DNA of 64,000 nucleotides from a virus: IMG/VR virus record IMGVR_UViG_3300043620_000042; one strand, 5' to 3'. Shown piece by piece: positions 58,359 to 64,000 of this stretch (position 1 is its first letter; each line of letters starts with the position of its first letter). The notes under the pieces were generated by a model. It saw only the letters and a program-made list of their open reading frames with translations, ran no database searches and was not told where the DNA came from. The position numbers and the translations under genes were made by a program.

Positions 58359-58379
58359 TGGAGGCGAGGGTCGGAATCG
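58359..58379 (-). other. att core: duplicated 3' end of tRNA-Cys
   Basis: Minus strand CGATT-CCGAC-CCTCGCC-T-CCA = partial T loop, T stem, acceptor strand, U73, CCA; upstream sequence is not tRNA. Confidence 0.75.
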
Positions 58380-58485
58380 GACACGAGCGCCGATTCAGTG
58401 GCAAGGAAAATAGCGGTTTTGCTGGGCTTTTCAAGAGAAATTCACCCTAACTCGCCAGAATTATTGCTAACTAGGAGCAACTGTT

Positions 58486-58518
58486 ACTGACACTTTCACT
58501 GACAGTTGCGCTGACAGT
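58486..58518 (+). repeat. Three arm-type-like direct repeats, 12-bp period (right element side)
   Basis: ACTGACACT 58486, ACTGACAGT 58498, GCTGACAGT 58510. Confidence 0.6.
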
Positions 58519-58635
58519 GATCGGAATGTTGCGCGGTGGTTACCCGGCGCTCGTGACGTGACACTTGGTAAATAATTTCAATAACGTGTTAATGAGTCGC
58601 TCGACATGCTCCAGGAAAGTGTGTTTGTTTGAGGA

Positions 58636-59325
58636 ATGGACGAAAAGCTATTCAAGTTGCTGGCCGCTGGGACCCAGAAGGTTTTTGAAAATGCAATTGC
58701 TCTGTACAAGGAGGCGTTGATTCTGACCGAGGCGGGCGCATTAAGTCGGGCGCTTTTTCTGCATCAAATTTCAATGGAGGAGTGTGCCAAGGTTGAGATT
58801 CTTGGGACGGCTGCTACCGGTCTGCTTATGGGGGAAGCGGTTAGTGTTAAAGCATTGGGCGAGGCTTTTCGAAGTCACGAGCGGAAGAATAGAGTTAACG
58901 CTTATTTCCTAGATCCTTCATTGAAGGAGAGGAGCGCACAGATGGACGGCCGACTTACTGATGCGGTAACAGCTTTTAAATTGGTTCAGGATCGCTTTCA
59001 CGCGAGATCCAACCTGGACAAGAATGCAGCTCTGTATGTGGATTTGCAGAAGGGCGAATTCAAAGCACCCCGCGACCGGATCACGGGGAAGATGGTGGCG
59101 CGGATCGGAAAGCTGAATGAACGATTCTTGCACATCTCGGCTGACAAGGTTGGACTATTGCAAAAATGGGACAGTGACTCGGCAAAACCTGGCAAGCTGC
59201 TAAAACATTTTAAGAAGCGGCTCTTGGAACTAAAGGGGCAGTATCCAAAGGACCCAGCGAAAGCATTCGCGAAGATATTAGGGGAAATGCTCGAGATGGC
59301 GCAAAAGCAGAGGAGCGAAAATTGA
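58636..59325 (+). CDS. AbiV-family (HEPN-like) abortive infection protein
   Basis: NAIALYKEALIL...SRALFLHQISMEECAK and SHERK motifs. Confidence 0.7.
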   Translation: MDEKLFKLLAAGTQKVFENAIALYKEALILTEAGALSRALFLHQISMEECAKVEILGTAATGLLMGEAVSVKALGEAFRSHERKNRVNAYFLDPSLKERSAQMDGRLTDAVTAFKLVQDRFHARSNLDKNAALYVDLQKGEFKAPRDRITGKMVARIGKLNERFLHISADKVGLLQKWDSDSAKPGKLLKHFKKRLLELKGQYPKDPAKAFAKILGEMLEMAQKQRSEN

Positions 59326-59490
59326 AGGAAGCAACGCTTCCGCTGCGCCGCCCGCGCTTAGGGCTAGAGGCGGTTCGGCGGGAGATTTAAAAATGGCAAG
59401 TTGATGGCGGGAGGTTTAGGGCGAGCAACAGAAGGGGCGGGTACGAATTTGCACACTAAGAGGATCTGAGAGCGGTATCGAATCCGGTGG

Positions 59491-59898
59491 TTGAAGTGCG
59501 CTTGGGGAAAGTTTACGCTCGGGACGGTAATCAGAAACCCAGTGAATATCACGGTTGTAGCGGCAGCTCAGAACGGAAGTTACATCGCAAAGGATGATGA
59601 CGGGTCGTATTACGTTATCACCTTGGACGATACGCGCGACATTGATTGTGGCGACGTTTTGGCCGGGAAGTTCGATGGACGTGGCAGTCTTTTCTATGCG
59701 GTTCGGAGCGTGACGAAAAAGGAGGATGTTAGGATTTGTTTGGAGACCTGGGAAAGCCCGCTTGGGCCTGCCATCAAAATGCTTCTGAATTTTATGTCTT
59801 CGGGGTCGGGCAAGATCTGGGTCGGAGCAAGGCAGTTCCAGTCGAACGCACCTGGAGTAAGCGGGCGTCTTCATGAAGCTATTCTGAGAGCCGAATGA
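59491..59898 (+). CDS. Hypothetical protein
   Basis: 135-aa ORF with ATGA overlap to the next gene; start uncertain. Confidence 0.5.
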   Translation: MKCAWGKFTLGTVIRNPVNITVVAAAQNGSYIAKDDDGSYYVITLDDTRDIDCGDVLAGKFDGRGSLFYAVRSVTKKEDVRICLETWESPLGPAIKMLLNFMSSGSGKIWVGARQFQSNAPGVSGRLHEAILRAE

Positions 59899-60260
59899 GC
59901 GAGGAACGGAAAATTAGATTTGGGGGAGAGGAATTGGGGGAGTTCTCAATTCGTCAAGTCATGCGAATGGCAGAGAAAAGGGAAATAGATCACACCGCAG
60001 AGTATTGGTCCGAAAAGGAGAATAACTGGCGGCGGTTGCCGGGTTTCATTACGGATTTTGAGCCGGAGCCCGGGGCCATGGAGCGGATAAGGGCGTCAGG
60101 AGTCAAACGAACGCAGGTTATTGGAGCGGACCAGAGCGATTGCGCGGCGTGCAAGGCTCTACAGGACAGAACGTATCCGGTTGAGGACACTCCGGTGTTA
60201 CCGCCGGCGGCGTGCACGTGCGTACCATGGTGCCGATGTGTAGTGCTGGCGGCAAAATAG
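59895..60260 (+). CDS. Hypothetical protein with GYF-like N-terminus and Cys cluster
   Basis: LGEFS...EYWSEKENNWRRL; DCAACKAL...LPPAACTCVPWCRC. Confidence 0.55.
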   Translation: MSEERKIRFGGEELGEFSIRQVMRMAEKREIDHTAEYWSEKENNWRRLPGFITDFEPEPGAMERIRASGVKRTQVIGADQSDCAACKALQDRTYPVEDTPVLPPAACTCVPWCRCVVLAAK

Positions 60261-60265
60261 TCAAC

Positions 60266-61225
60266 TCAGGTCACTGGGTTAATGTGGTTTGGCGCGGGCG
60301 CTGGAACGTTGTGGTCGGGCGGGCGAAGGCGAGTCCGCCCCGGCGCGAGCGATTTAATCAAAGGGAGGCGCAGATTCGTTGGAATTTGTTTTCCGTCTAC
60401 AACCTCGATCATTTTCCGATTCACAATCTGGTTCAGCCGCTCCTTTGGTGATCGCGGTGTGAAGGTCCGGGATGAAGTTTTAAGGTAGAACCGGAATGCC
60501 ATCATCGCCGTGTTCTTATTACCCAGATAAAAAATGGGCGACTCCGATTCGGAATCGAAGTTTTCTTGCGCCGCCAGTCTGGCGACTAGATTCATGACGT
60601 ATAGTTTGAGTCTCGCCTGTTCTTTCGGATGCTTGAGGTAGCTGTCGATCACATGGTCGGCAGCGCGGCCGAAACGCTTGAGATCGCGGCGTATTGTCTC
60701 CAAGGACTCACGCACTTCACGCTGGTCTATCTGATCAAGATTGAAAGACAGGAATAAGAGGAATTCTTTGGCGTCGGCAGCGGCCTGCCTCTGGAAGACC
60801 CTTTTAATGGCTTCTAGGCGGGCCAAATGCCCTGCCTCGTTGCGGTAGAATAATCCACCGGAGTAGTCCAGGGAAATTAGGTCGTAAGGCCAGGTAGGTT
60901 TGTTCCCGTGGGTATCCGAGTCCGAAAGAAGGATTCCGTCAATGTCGCCTCGAAGCAGCATGAGTTTGCGCGATACGCCCAGGCGGAAGGCGTTCATAAG
61001 CACCTCGTTCTGCATCTCCCATTCTTTTCCTGCTTCGCCACGCTCTACGGCAGTGACCCTTTGAAGCAGCGGGAGCCACTGAGCTACGTCTTCAAGAGAA
61101 GAGGATGGCAGACCAAAGTAGCTCAGGCTGCCCAAGCGGCCCGGGAACCGGTGACGAATCGACTCGCACTGGAGGTCGCGGACAACTTGTTTGTTGGGAG
61201 TAAATTTCTGCGGCCGCTTCAGCAC
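60266..61225 (-). CDS. Rossmann-fold SAM-dependent methyltransferase-like protein
   Basis: SYFGLPSSSLED (motif I-like), VTAVE (motif II acidic), LLRGDID, YDLISLDYSG; overlaps the GHKL gene. Confidence 0.55.
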   Translation of the reverse strand: MLKRPQKFTPNKQVVRDLQCESIRHRFPGRLGSLSYFGLPSSSLEDVAQWLPLLQRVTAVERGEAGKEWEMQNEVLMNAFRLGVSRKLMLLRGDIDGILLSDSDTHGNKPTWPYDLISLDYSGGLFYRNEAGHLARLEAIKRVFQRQAAADAKEFLLFLSFNLDQIDQREVRESLETIRRDLKRFGRAADHVIDSYLKHPKEQARLKLYVMNLVARLAAQENFDSESESPIFYLGNKNTAMMAFRFYLKTSSRTFTPRSPKERLNQIVNRKMIEVVDGKQIPTNLRLPLIKSLAPGRTRLRPPDHNVPAPAPNHINPVT

Positions 61226-62781
61226 GGGATGCCCTTTCGCAGCGCTTCGTGGATTTTACTGACGAAAGACTCAAACCTGCCCGGCTCATCCCGGAACTCT
61301 TCCCGAAGTAGCGAGATGATCGTATCATATATGGCCTTTGTCTTTGGCTCCATAGCAAGTTCCTTTGCTATGTCCACTATGACGTATTGGTTATCTTTAT
61401 CGGACTTAAGTGCTCGTTTCAGACGCTCTGCCCGTTTGATGACCTGCTTCGCCTTACGGATTACCTTCTTGTCGTTCCGACCGGACCCGCTAGACCGCTT
61501 AAGCCGTTTCGCGAGGTCCTCCAGAACCTTTTGAATTTGGAAGGTTTTGTCCTCCTTTAACTCAACCGCCAGAGCGCCTGCTTTTAAGCTCGCCTCGGTT
61601 TCCTGTACGAGCTGGGCTCCGCCGGCAACCATTTCCCCAAAACGCTGCTGCTGGTTCTGCAATCCAGCCTCAAAGCTGAGTTTGGTTGCGACGGTCCGGC
61701 ATCGCTCAAACAATCTGCCCCTAGCCGACGTGTCTTCAAAGTTATCCCTGTCAGAAGATGGGATCACGGCCTGATCGAGAACGTGTATTTCCCCGAAAAA
61801 GTAGAAAGCCCGTTCTGGAGTCGTGGGCCAAAGCGTCTTACGTGTCAGGTTGCCGTCACCCACTGCGAAGTTGGAGGCCCGGTAAACAAGACCGCTTGCT
61901 GGGTGGCGGTGTCCCTTGGTTCCCTGTTCCCCTGGCTCGCGAAATTGTCCTTTTCCTGCATGTTGGCAGAACCAGGCGAATGCGATTGGTTCGGCAGAGG
62001 TTTCGTTGACGAACACCGGCTCATACCCAGGCCGAATGCAATCCTCTAAGAACGGCTTATACACCGGCTTTCCGTTAACTAAAATCTGCACTTCGAGAAA
62101 GTCTGGGATGATTTGGCGTAGCCGGTCACGAACTTCGCTGCCATGAGTAAATGCCGGATCAAATGGGAGCGGAGCGACCCGCTCTAAGTAGGGCTTGACA
62201 ATGTTCTCATCCAAGAGTTCAGCCGCATCGCGATGAATGCCGTGCAATTCAACAAACGTATAATGGCGCTGTGCATCTTCGGGGCCATGCGTGAATTGAC
62301 TGTGTACCCGCAATATCTCATCAAGTGGTGTATTCTTTTCCTCTTGAATGCGCTTAAACATCTCAGCCGCGTTGATCACGACTTGGTAGCTCTTTGGTTC
62401 CCCGAGCTTTGATGAGCGCACGATAAGTTTGTCGCACACGCCGACAGCGGAGTATTTTCCGATCCCTCGAAATCCGGCGTGGGTTCCCTTTTCTTTCCCA
62501 GAGTGACCTAAGTATCGGTAACGACGCATAGTCTCGTCCGACATCCCTAGCCCTTTGTCGGCGATGATAACTGAGGGTGGAGAGACTGTTATTTCCACTG
62601 GCTCAAGTTGGGCCGTCGGCTTCTGTCGGTGCAAGTCACCGAGCGCATCATAAGCGTTCTGAACGAACTCGCGTAAAATATGTTTTCGATCTGGGTAAAG
62701 CCCTTGGCTTACAGCCTCAAGGACGGCACCATAGGCAAAATATTCGTCTCGCCTTTCTAGAACCTCTCGAGCTTTCTTCAT
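61219..62781 (-). CDS. GHKL (HSP90/MORC-like) ATPase
   Basis: LREFVQNAYDA, IADKGLGM, GFRGIGKYS; C-terminal coiled coil; homologous to 833..2230. Confidence 0.85.
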   Translation of the reverse strand: MKKAREVLERRDEYFAYGAVLEAVSQGLYPDRKHILREFVQNAYDALGDLHRQKPTAQLEPVEITVSPPSVIIADKGLGMSDETMRRYRYLGHSGKEKGTHAGFRGIGKYSAVGVCDKLIVRSSKLGEPKSYQVVINAAEMFKRIQEEKNTPLDEILRVHSQFTHGPEDAQRHYTFVELHGIHRDAAELLDENIVKPYLERVAPLPFDPAFTHGSEVRDRLRQIIPDFLEVQILVNGKPVYKPFLEDCIRPGYEPVFVNETSAEPIAFAWFCQHAGKGQFREPGEQGTKGHRHPASGLVYRASNFAVGDGNLTRKTLWPTTPERAFYFFGEIHVLDQAVIPSSDRDNFEDTSARGRLFERCRTVATKLSFEAGLQNQQQRFGEMVAGGAQLVQETEASLKAGALAVELKEDKTFQIQKVLEDLAKRLKRSSGSGRNDKKVIRKAKQVIKRAERLKRALKSDKDNQYVIVDIAKELAMEPKTKAIYDTIISLLREEFRDEPGRFESFVSKIHEALRKGIPC

Positions 62782-62851
62782 AATTTATCTCTTGCTCCAA
62801 TGAAAATGGTTGAGCTGCGCTTGGTCGGTCTCGGCCCCGGGGCTGTCGGGT

Positions 62852-63868
62852 TTATGCTTGGCGAGCAGCCTTCAGTAAGGTCGTCATCTTTCCCTTAATT
62901 TCTTTCAGCTCGAAACGCAGCTCCTTCTTCACGCTGTCCGGGGCGCTTTTGACGGCGTCCCGCGTGCCACTCGCCGCGGCCCAAGAACGGAACGCTCTGA
63001 GCCTTTTGACAACTGCGTTCTCGCCACCTATGGATTTGGCGTTTTTGTATGCTTCATCAAGGCTGCCGCCCGAGATCACCTGCTTGATGGGATTCTCGGA
63101 TTTTGCGCCGCAAACCACCTTGAGTTTCTCCCTGACTTCCACGGCTTTGATGTTTCCAGATTTGATTTTATCAACGATCACTTGCTCGAACCCGCTGTGG
63201 TTTTCACGCGCCTTTTTTATGGCCGAGCTTTTCAGGAGTTCGTCGTAGTGGCTCCAGCGCGCGATTGCATTATCCCCGTGTTTTATCATGAAATCGATGA
63301 CGCTTATCCGGTGGCGGATGAGTTTGTCCCCTAAGTTGAATTCCTTTTGGAGCGTCGGAATGCTGATGCCCTCCTTTCGGTGCCGCCTATGCAGGAATGA
63401 TGCTTGCTCGTAAGGGCGCCAATCCTTCTTTCCTTTGAGATGAAGTTGGCCCAAAAGTGAGGCGATTGCGCTATCGGTAACTTCCTTCGGCAGAACTGCA
63501 CATTTGACCTTCTCCCATTGGACGGCGTTGTCGATTGCCAGCAGGCGATAGGCGGCAAGGCGGCTATTGCCCTCTACGACTTCAAATGTGTTTTCCTTGA
63601 CGTAAAGAGGTTCTATTAATCCTCCGTTCTCTTTAATCTCTTGCTTGAGTTCTTTCACATGCTCAAGTGTTTGGAGATGCTCCTCTATTTCCTCTTGAGT
63701 GGGTGCCTCGCCGTTCCCGTCGTGCAGTGCGGAATAAACCCGGGGGTTATCCTCGTAGAAGCGGAGATCATTGTGCTTCAGGTCGCATAACTTCGCGATG
63801 TATACTTTGCCGCGGATAGTTATTGCGGTTGTGGATGGGGCAGGTTTCAAGGTTTTCGACGCACTCAT
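62852..63868 (-). CDS. ParB/Sulfiredoxin-like domain protein
   Basis: DNPRV, IKENGGLIEPL, VVEGNSRLAAY, QLHLKGKKDWRPYEQA. Confidence 0.8.
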   Translation of the reverse strand: MSASKTLKPAPSTTAITIRGKVYIAKLCDLKHNDLRFYEDNPRVYSALHDGNGEAPTQEEIEEHLQTLEHVKELKQEIKENGGLIEPLYVKENTFEVVEGNSRLAAYRLLAIDNAVQWEKVKCAVLPKEVTDSAIASLLGQLHLKGKKDWRPYEQASFLHRRHRKEGISIPTLQKEFNLGDKLIRHRISVIDFMIKHGDNAIARWSHYDELLKSSAIKKARENHSGFEQVIVDKIKSGNIKAVEVREKLKVVCGAKSENPIKQVISGGSLDEAYKNAKSIGGENAVVKRLRAFRSWAAASGTRDAVKSAPDSVKKELRFELKEIKGKMTTLLKAARQA

Positions 63869-64000
63869 ACAATTGGGGTTTTGGGAGTTTCTGACGGGTG
63901 CCGCAAGTTCAAAATCGCAGCCAGCATCGCGGAGAATTCGTAGGAGATTTCTTTATCGAAGCTGCGTTTGTCGATATCGCCTTGACCGAGTTTGGCGGCG
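63865..64000 (-). CDS. 3' end of an upstream gene (partial)
   Basis: Manual translation ...AAKLGQGDIDKRSFDKEISYEFSAMLAAILNLRHPSETPKTPIV*, stop overlapping the ParB-like ATG. Confidence 0.55.
   Translation of the reverse strand, partial: AAKLGQGDIDKRSFDKEISYEFSAMLAAILNLRHPSETPKTPIV

Larger units (their letters stand above)
1..58379. mobile_element. Integrated phage-like element at tRNA-Cys (left boundary not seen)
   Basis: Integrase beside the att core, replication and head modules, cargo; no second att copy found by eye, so inclusion of 1-22 kb is inferred. Confidence 0.6.
58380..64000. mobile_element. End of a second tandemly integrated element carrying defence-like genes
   Basis: Own set of arm-like repeats next to the att core; AbiV-like and GHKL/ParB cargo. 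Confidence 0.5.

Noticed and set aside
58340-58440. Intact tRNA gene
   Set aside because: Only the last 21 nt match a tRNA; no D or anticodon arm upstream.

Overview
This window is almost entirely mobile DNA. The host is inferred, from protein style only, to be a PVC/Verrucomicrobiota-like bacterium. A 21-nt tRNA-Cys 3'-end duplication at 58359-58379, flanked by two different sets of integrase arm-type repeats, marks the junction of two tandemly integrated elements. The left element (integrase at 57050-58183, left end not found) carries a phage-like replication module (HTH, RuvC-like, SSB-like, PD-(D/E)XK nuclease, Pif1 helicase, Prim-Pol/D5-SF3 primase, iteron origin). It also has a head/packaging module (TerS, TerL, portal, scaffold, SPP1 gp13-like capsid, decoration protein, adaptor) but no recognisable tail or endolysin genes. 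Its cargo includes two large signal-peptide-bearing RHS toxin loci: one ends in a CD38-like ADP-ribosyl cyclase/NADase with an Imm74-like partner, and the other has a C39 peptidase, an HExxH toxin and an orphan module, and sits between terL and portal. Further cargo is a RadC/DUF6573/PRTase cluster behind a ~185-nt hairpin and a WYL regulator with a 17-bp palindrome that recurs ahead of the phage operon. Both window ends carry related, unnamed candidate defence cassettes built on a GHKL/MORC-like ATPase plus a ParB/Srx-like protein. The partner is a B12-binding radical SAM enzyme on the left and a Rossmann methyltransferase-like protein on the right. All family calls come from motif recognition by eye; no database searches were run.
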